Assembly: GCA_964658305.1 (NCBI GenBank)
Contig: OZ210885.1
Coordinates: 5,828,001 to 5,892,000 of the forward strand
DNA: 64,000 nucleotides
Direction: 5' to 3'
From: Leptogorgia sarmentosa
Taxonomy: Eukaryota
This document shows, one piece after another, positions 1-11,801 of this stretch. The translations under genes were made by a program, and so were the position numbers. The first letter of the stretch is position 1; each line of letters begins with the position of its first letter. The notes under the pieces were generated by a model that worked only from the letters and a program-made list of their open reading frames with translations, had not been told where the DNA came from and ran no database searches.

Positions 1-1
1 G

Positions 2-328
2 AATTTCGAGATTACATGCTATGGTGAGCATATTTCATTCCGCTTCTGCTCTGGTTCTCGGGGAAATAAAATTGCCGTCTTAGTGTGTGAAGGTACAATA
101 CATGTTGTTATAGAGGAAAGAACTTGGAAACAGGCGATGATAGACTTTTTTAAGCGTCAATGGCAACAATTTTTGGGTATTAAACTCATAGTTGCTCTGA
201 GAGCAGCACTTACTGACCGTGAAGCAGCTGTCTCTTATCTGCCACTCGAACAAAATGCCTGTTTGGTCAGTGGATTTCACAACTTAAGGACAGGAAGCAT
301 ATACACCTTAACTTTGCCTGAAAACTAA
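2..328 (+). CDS. Unrecognised Cys-rich tandem family, copy 1 (3' part of terminal exon; 5' end outside window)
   Basis: Frame open from base 2: NFEITCYGEHISFRFCSGSRGNKIAVLVCEGTIHVVIEERTWKQAMIDFFKRQWQQFLG...LPEN*. It shares the EITCxxEHxSxRFxSGSR motif with copies 2-4. Confidence 0.75.
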   Translation, partial: NFEITCYGEHISFRFCSGSRGNKIAVLVCEGTIHVVIEERTWKQAMIDFFKRQWQQFLGIKLIVALRAALTDREAAVSYLPLEQNACLVSGFHNLRTGSIYTLTLPEN

Positions 329-1306
329 TTCAATTTTCTTATCATATCTTATTAAATGTTCATACAATATTAACTTTCTTTAATGAAGCCATTGAAAGAA
401 AGCTATGCTTTTGTCGTAGCTATATGTCGTCAAATGTCTATACTATAGCTATATATATTCTTTGCACGTGCAATATGTCTAGAGTTTCTGTATATATATA
501 CATATATTGGTTTGCGAAATTCAAAAGTCAAAATACTAGTGCTCAATGACATATAGACAGAGCAAAATGTATAAACATATATTAATGAATAATAACGTCA
601 ATGAAAAGAAACACATCACTTGTAATATCAATTTTGGTTGTAATTGAACACTAACTCACACCAAGATACCTAACAACTGAATATTGTTAGTTAAAATAGA
701 AAAATACAGTGCCAAGTGTAAAGTGTCTTATATGTGAAATAGTACCCAGGCAGCTAGCGTGTGTAAAATCACAATTATATAATATATATTATATATATTT
801 ACTACTATCTATCTACATCTATATATACAAAACGTATAACAATGTGCCCTCAATAATTTGTTTGGCAATGTAAAACGTACGAGTAATAAACTACGAGTTG
901 CAAAGAAAGAGTGACAAATGGCAATTTCTAATCATGTTCATTCACACTTCATCATCATAAACAACAATGAACGTTTCTTCAACGTTTTAAATTTGGCTGT
1001 TTATATCGTGAATGTTCACGATTTCTCAAATTTAATACACTTTCTTCGCCATTCAGCCATCTAAGGCTTGTTGTTTTGATGAATTTACGATTATTTTAAA
1101 CATCGCGTATTTACAAAGGAAATGGAATTTCCGGAGCTCTAAAAAAGCTTAACAGCAGGGTACTGATAGCTTGTGCCCTGTGAAGAAAATGAAATTATAG
1201 TTTGCCTTGTTATGCAGAAATCAAAAGGAAACTGTAATTTAAGGTTTGGACAACAACACTGGTGGTACGTTTCAGTTTTCTATATTTTTATCTGTATCTT
1301 TACAGT

Positions 1307-1820
1307 ATGGCAAGCAAACAGTCAGAAGAGGTAATTATTATACAACTGCTGATTGAATTATTGTTGCTGTCGCTGTGTTCAAGTAGCTATATAAGTGCAT
1401 GTGGTTGTCGTCAAAACCACCACTTTATTTTATAGCCGAAAACTTTCTTTCATGTTTTGTTGTCAGGAAAGTGAAACACAACAAATCAATTGTAATCCAG
1501 CAGTAACCCATGAAGATATAAACAAATACGCGGACTTCTGCTCCGACAAATGCGAAAATTGCAAACGTGTGATGCAAAAGGCGCGTTTAACTGTAGCAGA
1601 AGCAAAAAAATCGCTCCGTAAAAGCCTCGAGATTACGTGCAGGGGTGAACACATTTCCTTGTGTTTCTGGTCTGGTTCACGCAGTAAAAAACTTGTGGTT
1701 CAGATGGATAGTGACGGGAACGCTCTTGTGGAGAAGAAAAAAAAGATCGGTCGCCGAAGACGGCCTCAATTAACAATAAATTGGCGAAAAAACAGACGAA
1801 AGCGCCATATTCGCCAATGA
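1307..1820 (+). CDS. Unrecognised Cys-rich tandem family, copy 2 (2 coding exons)
   Basis: Micro-exon 1307-1330 (MASKQSEE|gtaatt), phase-0 intron to tgtcag|1467, then exon 1467-1820: ...HEDINKYADFCSDKCENCKRVMQKA...EITCRGEHISLCFWSGSR... ending in a basic tail. Confidence 0.75.
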
Positions 1821-2841
1821 ATATCGTACAAATAGGACGATTACCTAATATTACCACTCTTGAACAATTCGATATTTCAACAAAACGCTTGAAGGCACTT
1901 CAATTCACACGCGATTTAACATGACTTAGAGCAAAATATGTAATTGCACGATGAACTTTTTTAGTTTTCCTTACTTACATTTTAATGGAATCGAATGTGA
2001 AAGCAATGGAATCTCTAGAGCATTAGGAAGCTTTTACATGCAGCTGGATATAATTATAGTAATTGTTTCAAAAATGAATGCTTTAATGATTTTCTTTAAT
2101 AAGCAAATCAGGAGGAGAAAATATTTGAAATGTTTAAAAACAATTGCGGTATTACTGTTGCATGGTTTACTTCTTTAGATTAACGTAATGGTAGGGAACT
2201 AGAAATTTTCTCTGTATCAGTGATTTCGTTCTGCAGTCTTTATAGAGCAGTAGCAGAATCAACCAGTTGCTAGTTTAAATATAACGATTGTTAACGGTAC
2301 GTAATTCAACAAAAAATGCAATGGAATTTCTGCAATTAAATGCATGGCAATAACATTCTAGCCAGTTTACAGCAAGCTAGGTTATTGAAATTAAGACAAA
2401 AGATCATTTTCCATACTTTGCAGTTATTTTTGTGCATCCTTCATGTATTGTCAGTAGATACATACTGTATGTTGGTGTCGCTCTTTAATTTCGCAAACCA
2501 TCGTTAGCTGACCTAAAATATGTGATATGATTTGAAGGCACTGACTTAAAATATGTGATATGATCTGCGGTATTAATTAGCGGCTGCATGTCGTCAGTTA
2601 TTTACTCCAACAGGGCGCGGATGTCAGTTGCTTTCGCTTTTGTTATGTAAAATAAGAATAAATTCCAAACCATGATTGATGAGTGACAATCTCGAAACCA
2701 CCCCATGATATGCAACCAAGGGGCTATTTATATGATCCCACTTACAATCATTTGGAGCCATTCGTAAAGAATATTTGTAGGAAAATCACTTAAAAATCTC
2801 TTTCAAAGTAAAACGTTGGTTGTGTATCTCTACGTGTATGT

Positions 2842-5800
2842 ATGGCTAGCGGACAATTTGGACAGGTAATACATTTTGCTGTTTTCTTAATTCTTGTTTT
2901 TATATAATATATTATGTCCTCAATCAGCTGGTGTAGTTTTTGTTTATGTACAACATTTGAGAGAGAATTTCAGTTGCGACACAATAGGGAGTTTAATACT
3001 CGCGTACGAGACGTGCTAATAATGGGGAACTGAAGCAAAGCGAAATCTAGTGCGGGAACGTGAATAGAAGTTAGCTTCAATTTTACTCTCTTTGATAATC
3101 GTAAAGTAACACCCAGTCATAAAGAACTTCAAAAAGCAAGTTGAAGGTGAAAATATGTCAGTTATTAATATCATATCAATGAAAGAGAATGAGCAGGTTT
3201 AGCGATTGAAATACCGCGGGAGTTTTAGACGACGTCGTTACTCTGTTTACAACAGCAAATATAGATTATCACGTCTTGCCTACGTCTACATTAAACTGGC
3301 ACAACTACTGCTACCAGTTGGGCCCTGAACGCTTATTTTTCAGTCATCAGCTCAGTGTTAACATTGACCCTTAGGAAAATTATTACTCTACAATCCTACA
3401 TGCTTTTAAGGTCGCTAATTTCTTATTATTACGCTTCGATGCTTGCATACTCTGACTAGGTTGTAGCTTTTAATAAATTTCTGTGAAATTCGTTCAAACT
3501 GCATTTAAAATCTCAGCTGATATTAATTATTAAAAATTTTCAAAATCGACTATACCATGTACGTTTCATAATATAATTTCTTTAATAAAATTATAAAGAT
3601 TATGTATTAAGGCCCATATATATGTTATGTATACAGAGCGTATAAGGAAACGGGTAATGCAACTTTGACGTATGGCGCGCTAGATACGATCGATATTTAT
3701 CGATAAAATTTTTTCATAGAAATTCAAGTTTTCGGCGTTCTTACTGAACCACAATTTTCTCTGTTTTGTAAGAATATGACTTCATACGAATCGAATAACA
3801 TTTGGCGGTCGAAACCGCATTTTTCTACCATTGGGAATTACGGCCCTGTCAACAGGTTATTTCACTTATTTGTGAGGTCAATTAAACGCCAACGAATCGA
3901 ACAAATGGTTCAACTAACACAATAACAAAACTTTTGAGAAACCAGGAGTTTCAAACATGCAGCCGTGCCGACAACGTTGAATTGCTTAAGAGCATAATTC
4001 ACCGCGAAACAACATTTTGGTTCATTGAGATACATCAAAAGTGAATTCTTGCATAAATTATTACGGCTAGTGTTATAGAATACACGATTTCGACCAGGTT
4101 TTGACTGACCTTTTATAGCGTTCGTTTCTAGCCTGGTAGTTTTATGAGAACATTGATCTAGCAATTCATACTTTAGACATTACAACTGTAAAGATTTTAA
4201 ATAAATGCAGTCACTTACTGATGATTGAACACTAACGCGCTAAAGTTGCATTATCTATATTTTTTTATACACCTTGCATGTATATGTAATACGATATAGA
4301 ATATACCCTACAAACTGTACAGTAACACATGTGCTTCTATTTTAGCGGGAACTATATAACATAGCAACGATATCATGAAATTCTGCATTGATTTCCGGAC
4401 GAAATTCTTTCGGGATTTCTAAATGCAATTCATTAAAATTCAATGATAAAATTCAATGATTCGAAATTGAAAGGAATTTCTAGATCTTTAAATTAAGGGG
4501 GCTGTCATGATCATTAGTTTTTAGCGAGTTCATACGAATGTGAGACGACGACGCTGGGGAGACGACTTAACAAATTGTTTTGAATTGAATGATTACAATT
4601 GAAAATATGAAAATATGTCAAAATATGCGTTCTGGCGTTGTCAACAGAGCTTGGACGACGTCTAAAATTCCTGCTATGCTTTTAATTATTCACTTCTATT
4701 GTGCTACAAGGTTAACTTGATTGTATATTGATAGCGACGTCCTCTTGTCGCCGTCTCGCTATTTTCCACAGCAGTGCGCGGAAGTCTAAGTTTCTTTTAT
4801 CAAAAACTTTAGAAACCATTACGTTACGTTTTGAAACCATTTCATGCTATGGAGCGAAGAGAATTAGGCTGTTTAGAACTTTAGGGTTGTGATTCTGTAC
4901 GTATATACTGTATATACATGGCTAGTGGACAGCTAATACATCATTGCTTAAAAGCTAAACATTCATATGAGAATTTTGATTACGACACACAAATGAGGGT
5001 GTAGACCTAACGTATGGTATATGAACCTTAATTAATGAAACTTTACAATAACTTTAACATTACATATTCTCTACTGTTGAAAATTTCGTCCATCAAAAGC
5101 ACACGAAAGATTGCACACGCGTACATGTAAATAATGTGCCAGCACAATAAACTTTTTAAGTATTCATTAAGATTTAATGAATCGAAAGCAGAAGATATGC
5201 AATTTCTAGATGAAACTTCTAACAGCAGGGTAAATATTTCCCTACAAGCACAATTCATTCAGACGTATAGCCACAATATTAAACTACAAATATTATCTGA
5301 ACGTTCACCGCGATATGGGCGGCTATATAGTTAGTTATTTCCCCCAGCAAGGCGCAAACTTTATAAGTTGCTTTTGTGATGTAAACAGGAAAAATCCAAA
5401 CCCATTTTATATTGGTTCATTTAATTGGTTCATTTAATAGTTTCGAAACCACTTCATGTTGTGTAGCCAGATGCAGTTTTTCAATTTTTTGTTTTGAATC
5501 TATAATTCTATATGCCTAGCGAACAAGATTACTGTTGTTGCTGTTTTTTCTTGTTTCTCTATATGTTATATCCAGGGTCAGCTGTAAATATTATTAGATA
5601 AGAATTTCGGTAACGAAACACACAAACGATTCTATCGACATTCAACCCATAAATTTAATGCTCCTATACATCGAGTCCATTAAATTGAGCAATTTTCTTT
5701 TTGATTCCATTCATTTCTTCTCTGCCTATTGAAGTGTTAAACATTTATTCATGCATAAACCCTGAGCATGACATTCGCAATTATTTCCTAAATTAAAATT

Positions 5801-6492
5801 ATACAATCATGTCAATAATTGTTCAAAGAAATTAGCGCATCGTAATATTACCGCACTTTTCCCACATGATGATACCAGATATACCTGGTAAATATTATTG
5901 ATCCAATCCTAGAACTGGATAAGAAATAATTTAGATGTCCTACGTAACTGCTTCTGGTTTCCTCTGAAATGTATAAAAGTTACTCTACAATGCTCCTCAT
6001 AAATAAAACCTTGCAACATTTTGATTTATGAACTGATCTTGGGATGGCCTTTGTAAACTAATACCATGCAGTCTGAATTCAACCAGATATTGACGTGCGC
6101 TTAACATGTTCATTATTTCGTTTCGTTACTAGAGACACCCTACAGACGAAATCCAATGTAGACCATTTGTAAGTGAAGAGGACATATTTGAATACCGGGA
6201 GCATTGCCCTGAAAAATGCGATAACTGTAGAAATGTAATGTTAAAGGCATATCAATTTGCTAGAAGGGCTTCAGAAACATGTCTGGAGAGTATCGAAATT
6301 ACGTGCCATTGTGAACATTTTTCCTTGCGTTTCTGGTGTGGTTCTCGGGGAAACCAAATTCTGATTATGAGTAATAACGGAAATATTGATATAACTATGG
6401 AAAAACAAACATGGCGAGAGTGGTTTACTGGAAATATGAAGAAGGCGATACGAAGAACATCAGAGGTGATATACTCCATCAGTTCGGATTAA
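2842..6492 (+). CDS. Unrecognised Cys-rich tandem family, copy 3 (micro-exon 2842-2865 + terminal exon 6133-6492)
   Basis: Exon 6133-6492 follows the acceptor ttactag, phase 0: RHPTDEIQCRPFVSEEDIFEYREHCPEKCDNCRNVMLKA...EITCHCEHFSLRFWCGSRGN...TWREWF. Upstream 8-codon exon MASGQFGQ|gtaata resembles exon 1 of copy 2. The join is inferred. Confidence 0.65.
4918..4940 (+). pseudogene. Degenerate duplicate of the family's first coding micro-exon
   Basis: ATG GCT AGT GGA CAG|ctaataca versus ATG GCT AGC GGA CAA TTT GGA CAG|gtaataca at 2842: 9 nt shorter and donor GT changed to CT. Flanks are homologous. Confidence 0.55.
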
Positions 6493-7126
6493 AATCTAAC
6501 AAGTAACGTTTCGATAAAGAAATCATTCAGTAGTTAATATCAAAGTTTCCGACGGGCGAGGGAGATAAAACATATCGCGTATGGGCGTTTTGTTTCTAAC
6601 ATTGGAAAAAAACATGTATTTCTTCAAGTGTACGCAATTTTAAATTCACCCTGGTTTTAATACTGTAAGGAACTGTATAGTCAACCACGAAATATATTCC
6701 ACACTTATTATAGACAGTTCCACAAGTACAATATTTTACTGTGATGAACGCTACTATTTTTTTGTATTTATAGGACGACAGTAAGATTAACAATTCACAG
6801 GCTCAGGTATTTAATTTTATATATACATTATTAAATCAATCAGTAGCAATCGAGTAGCTGCATCAAAGCAAAACATTCCCACTTAGCTTACGTATTAAAA
6901 TTAGTGATTATTACTTCAATTCTACAATTACTTGCCTGAATTAATCTCTCGCCTTAATTACCAACGAGGAATGCGAGTATATTTTTGCGATCTTAAGGTT
7001 GTTACAACGATAAGGGATTTCGTAGTATCTAAAACATATATGTTATAATATACAAATATTATAAAAGTTAATTACAAAAGGGTGCAAATATTTTAAACAC
7101 TCGTACATAACTATAATTCTCAAAAT

Positions 7127-7380
7127 TACTATGGCCCAGACGCGACAGCTTAAAGACAGTTTTCTCATTTTTCGATTTTCTGATTTTTTTGTATTTAATT
7201 ATGTTCAGTAATTTGTTAAGTATTACATACGCAGTAGAGCCTAATGCAGTGTCGCTTATGTAGTGTGCAATTTTCTCGAATTCTTTTTTAAAGGAGAAGT
7301 TTAAGTCCGGAATAAAAAAAATAAAAAAATCTATGAAAAAGGATCAAATATTTCGGAGCTATCGCGTCTGCGCCACCGTA
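7127..7380. mobile_element. MITE with ~24-bp imperfect TIRs and TA ends
   Basis: tactatggcccagacgcgacagct ... agctatcgcgtctgcgccaccgta. Confidence 0.6.
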
Positions 7381-7736
7381 CACAAAATCAGTGTACTACG
7401 CCGTTCATGCTCAGACTTTGTCGCTAGGTTATTTTAAGTAGTGTAGGAGGTATTAGTATCGCAGATCATTACATAATTGGGGTCGGTGTTTCCTAGCCCG
7501 TTTAGTCTAAACGGTGGACAAGTCCAAAGTGTCAAACAATTCTATCATGTATTCATTGAACAATCATGATTGTTCACCTGTGTACACAAGTACATATTCA
7601 CTGTTTGAAATTTATGTTCGGTTATTCACCGGAGGAATGAGTCTAATTCAAATTTGACTTATCTACCGTAGTACCGTATAATCTCAACGGGCTACGAACA
7701 ACCGACCTTTGACGACTGACTATTGTGTCATTACAG

Positions 7737-8228
7737 GGCCAGCAACCTCGTAAAATAGAAAAAATTGAATGCTTTCGAGAAGTACGCCACGAAGACATAA
7801 ACAAGTTCATGGAGCACTGCCCGAATAAAAACTGCACCTTTTGTAGACAAATAATGCAAAAGGCACGCATAATCGTCACTGCGACTTCAAAACCATGTCG
7901 GGAGAATTTTGACATTTTATGCTATTGTGAGCATTTTTCATTGCGCTTCTGGTCTGGTTCTCGGGCAAATAGAGTTGTGGTTCAAGCGGACGCAGGCAAA
8001 ATAACTTTTATTGTAACAGAAAAAGCTTGGCTACAGTCGCTCAGGGATGTGTTTCAAAGCGTAAAGGATAAATTATTGGGTGCTTGGGTTGTTATTGTAA
8101 GAGCTATACGTAGTCTTACAGGACCAGATTCCGTTCCTTTGCCACAACTATACGCGGAAACCGACAATATCCCTTGGCACAAATGTAAAATTGGTTTCGC
8201 ATATGTACTAAAAGAAGCAGATGCTTAA
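7737..8228 (+). CDS. Unrecognised Cys-rich tandem family, copy 4 (terminal exon; own first exon not found)
   Basis: Acceptor ttacag|7737, phase 0: GQQPRKIEKIECFREVRHEDINKFMEHCPNKNCTFCRQIMQKA...DILCYCEHFSLRFWSGSRAN...AWLQSLRDVF. AATAAA at 8296-8301. Confidence 0.75.
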   Translation, partial: GQQPRKIEKIECFREVRHEDINKFMEHCPNKNCTFCRQIMQKARIIVTATSKPCRENFDILCYCEHFSLRFWSGSRANRVVVQADAGKITFIVTEKAWLQSLRDVFQSVKDKLLGAWVVIVRAIRSLTGPDSVPLPQLYAETDNIPWHKCKIGFAYVLKEADA

Positions 8229-9435
8229 TTGATCTTTAATTATATCGTGGAATGTCTACTTTGTATTATTTGCATGTGTATGTCATAAGTCTGTGAATAA
8301 AATACCACATATCTGTAGAAAACATGTAATGGAACACTTAACCCATGATAAGAATAACACGGACATGACTAACTGGTGCAGCATAGCGTTTTGTTTTATT
8401 GAGGGAAATCATCAGAAGGCTGATAAATTTCGGATCTCTCAACCACAAAAGGTGGTCTTATAATGTTAGTACTAATAATTCAGAACTTTCGAAATAATAT
8501 TTGAACGTAAAAATAATGAACATGCAGGATTTCGATATAACTTGGTCTACAATTACGTCTACGGAAGGAAAAAAAGAGTGACGTAGTTGTGTGTGTTTGG
8601 AGGGGAAACTTTGTATTTTGAAGGATAAGAACGAACAAAATTTGCTGAAAAGTCGGACATGTAATCGTGAAAAGAATATCTATAGCTATAGTAAGCGGTC
8701 CATATGTATCTTTTTATATAATTTGTAATCAGGCGCGTGTTAATATTCAAATACATAGATATTTTCGTAACAGAATGTGTGTGACTGTTATTTAAGGCCC
8801 TGTTATTTTTCTTACAACTTGCATCGTAATTCTACTGTTAAGAGATATGAAATTGGCAAGTACGAGTCAGGGCAAGTACGAATTAGGAAAACCTATAAAT
8901 GAATTCTTTACAAATCAAACAGTCTTCACTAGCTCCTTTCGTTTCGCCGCACACACGGAGATTTTGGCACGTGTGACAAAAAATATTCAACACGTTAGAT
9001 ATTTGGCTTACGGGTCACGAGCGACCAAAAACTTACAAAAGTTCACCGCACACGAGAGTTTTCTCCTTACGCCAACAGTCACGAATGACATTTTGCTAAG
9101 CACATAGCTCTAGTGTGCGCCGGGCTTTAGTCTGCGAACAGGCGTTGCATTTTTTGGTTGGAAATGATTAGCCAATCAAAACGCTGATACTATAAATTTG
9201 CACTAGTGAAAACAATCCTCTGGCAATTACAACGCAGCTACGGGCAAACGTTCACTGGTGAAAAACATCGTATGCAGTAAGATACTGTTTCAGAACTATC
9301 CTCAGAGATATGAAAAACTAGATTCATATTAATCTGAAATAGAATGGAAACACTGCATGTCCTCAAAAGACAAGCGTTAAGTCGTCACGAAAATATTTCA
9401 TGCACTTAAATTGGATGAGACTCCTAGCAACCCCA

Positions 9436-9510
9436 GTTGATTTGATAGCTCAATTGGTAGAGCGGCGGTCTGGATACCCGAAGATGCGAGTTCAAATCCC
9501 ACTCGAGACA
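9436..9510 (+). mobile_element. tRNA-derived SINE head / tRNA pseudogene
   Basis: A-box TAGCTCAATTGGTAGAGC and B-box-like GAGTTCAAATCCC, but no convincing acceptor or anticodon stems. Confidence 0.5.
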
Positions 9511-11801
9511 ACGAATTTTTCGTTGTTCTGCTGCAGTGTCGGATTAAAATTAATTTAGTTTTTGTGGTAAGATGCTGCATTGACCTAAGTCTGTGTGGAA
9601 CCATGCCAAGGTAATTTGAGGACTATTGATTGAACATTAGAAATGCTACATACAGTTAATTCAAAAAACGTTGTCCGGTGGAAACGTTAAAGTCTAAACT
9701 CTGAACATTAAACTCTGAGCGTGGAAAGCCTAATGAGAATTTAATACTTTGTCGTAAAATATTTCTACTACTTCTGAATGTATTGTCCCTATAAATTATG
9801 CTCGCAGTGGGAGGTAGGATAATATTTCTTCCTTATTTTTTTCGAACTTTAATTTCAATCTTTTTTCAAAATACGCATATTATTTTGTGAATGTTTAAAG
9901 TTAGGGTTAGGAATAGGGTTTGGGTTGGTGTTATAAACTGTTGAGGCGCTGAATACGAGTAAATGAGGTGTCCGTCGATGGAAACGAAATTTGCGGCGTC
10001 GTTGCCAAGAGGCTGCGGGGCATCCCACCCCCTGGAATTTGAGGCTTGTCGGAAAAACTAGTCGATCATATTCTCAAAATTATCGCTATATATGATAGCT
10101 ATTAAGTCACCTTGGCGCCCACCTCGCATTTTTTGATAGCTATGATCATGAAGGTCCTAAATGTTCAAAAATTTCATCTTCACCTGCCCTTTGTTCAAAT
10201 GGTTTGCTTTCGTGGGCACATTTTTACCATCTTTAGTCGTGTCAAATTTTTGTTTCAGAAAAATCTGGTTTTGGGCCCCCTGTTGAACAGCTCCAACAAC
10301 GCCGCTGTATTTTTCCCACATCAAACTTTGCCGGAGACCATTTCTTAGAAATGATTACTTCTTTTCATACCACGTGTAGGATTATTTAGATTTAAACCCA
10401 CAATTTGTCATGCCAAGCAATTTCAGTCATTATCATTTTTCATTTATTTAAAAATTAATTATTTTCTTCGTGAACATAGACGTATTTGCATAGCATAAAC
10501 ACGTTGTCACTGCTTAGGTGTTTACAAACAAAACTTTAAAATTGCGAGCGTGATGCACCTGTATGTGTTTGAGAGCTCAGTATTATACTTTCGAAAAGAC
10601 ATACATGTTTAGGCGAAAAATAAAGACATATATTATAGTATTTTTGTTCAGAATTTCCTAATAAGTATAGTTAATAGTTGTATGAGGTCGATTGCACAGC
10701 ATCAATGGTATTGTGCCAGTACCTGTGCCTATAACATTCAAACCTGCAGATAATAATACTGCAAAAAATTCAGAAATACACTTGTTAATTTCAGTTTGGT
10801 CAAAGAAATTATATCTTCTCCAAATTTTAACATGAGGCATTCATTCAGAATTTTGACTTCCAGCCCAAAGACATCATCATAATAACTTCAATATCAGAAA
10901 AATTTACATATTTGACAGTAGTCGTGAGTAGAGGATACAGATGCGTGCGAGGATCAAATTTGAAAACTGAATAATATGAACGACATGAAACCTTAGGCAA
11001 TAATATTCATTTCTCAATTATGTCCACTGGATTTTTTTGCCCTAAGAAAATAATTGACAATAGAAAACTGGTAAATAATTTTTGCGATATTTTTTTCCTA
11101 CTAGTTTCTTGTAAAGACAGTTGCCATGGCAACGTTGTTCTTGAGGGCAGCTGGAGACTGATGTCAAAATTTCCCTCCAATATCTCTTATTTGTTCCAAT
11201 AAGAACAATAAGTTATTGGTTTTTGAACTAAAAATACACATATGAAAACGTTAGTGAACCTATTTGCCTTCTAATTCAGGCTTGAGATCAAGGTTTTTGA
11301 CTGATAAACCAAAGTTGTGCAGGGAAGCGTTCTCATGGAACGTCACTTTTATTAACCGTTTTACAACTATCATTATTGTGTATTTTTCCCCCTCTATTTC
11401 CTGTCAACAAGAGTTGCCAAAACGTTGTTCTTGACACCAACCGGACACAGCTGTCAACATTTTCTTCTGAAATTTTCTTATTTCTTCCAATGACTGCATG
11501 TAAATTAATAATTTAGGACTGGATAAATGTCTTTGAATTTTGACAACAATCAGAGTTTATCACGTTTCAAGCCACGTGTACGAGATTAGGAAATTTAGGT
11601 ATTTTGAGGATCGAGAATCGAGAAAGGGATGCACCTGTCTCGAGTCAATGAGTCGGATACTTATGCATATTATTAAGTATTCAAACGTTTATATATGTAT
11701 ATGTATAGCTTGTCTCATTTATCATTTTAGCCGTTCTTAACACACGTTCAGTGGTGTATTAAAACTTTTCACGCGTTGTCTCTAATAAAATATATACGAC
11801 C

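Noticed and set aside
1467..8228. Zinc-dependent deaminase assignment for the tandem family
   Set aside because: No HxE followed by PCxxC; the motifs are HED (not conserved in copy 3), CxxC and a later CxxEH, in the wrong order.
9436..9510. Functional tRNA gene
   Set aside because: A and B boxes are present but the acceptor and anticodon stems do not pair convincingly; treated as SINE-derived, as are ~46350-46400 and 52040-52130.
9899..9930. Interstitial telomere (TTAGGG-like runs; also ~19134, 24845, 41578, 62170)
   Set aside because: Only 2-4 degenerate units, recurring as part of dispersed repeats.
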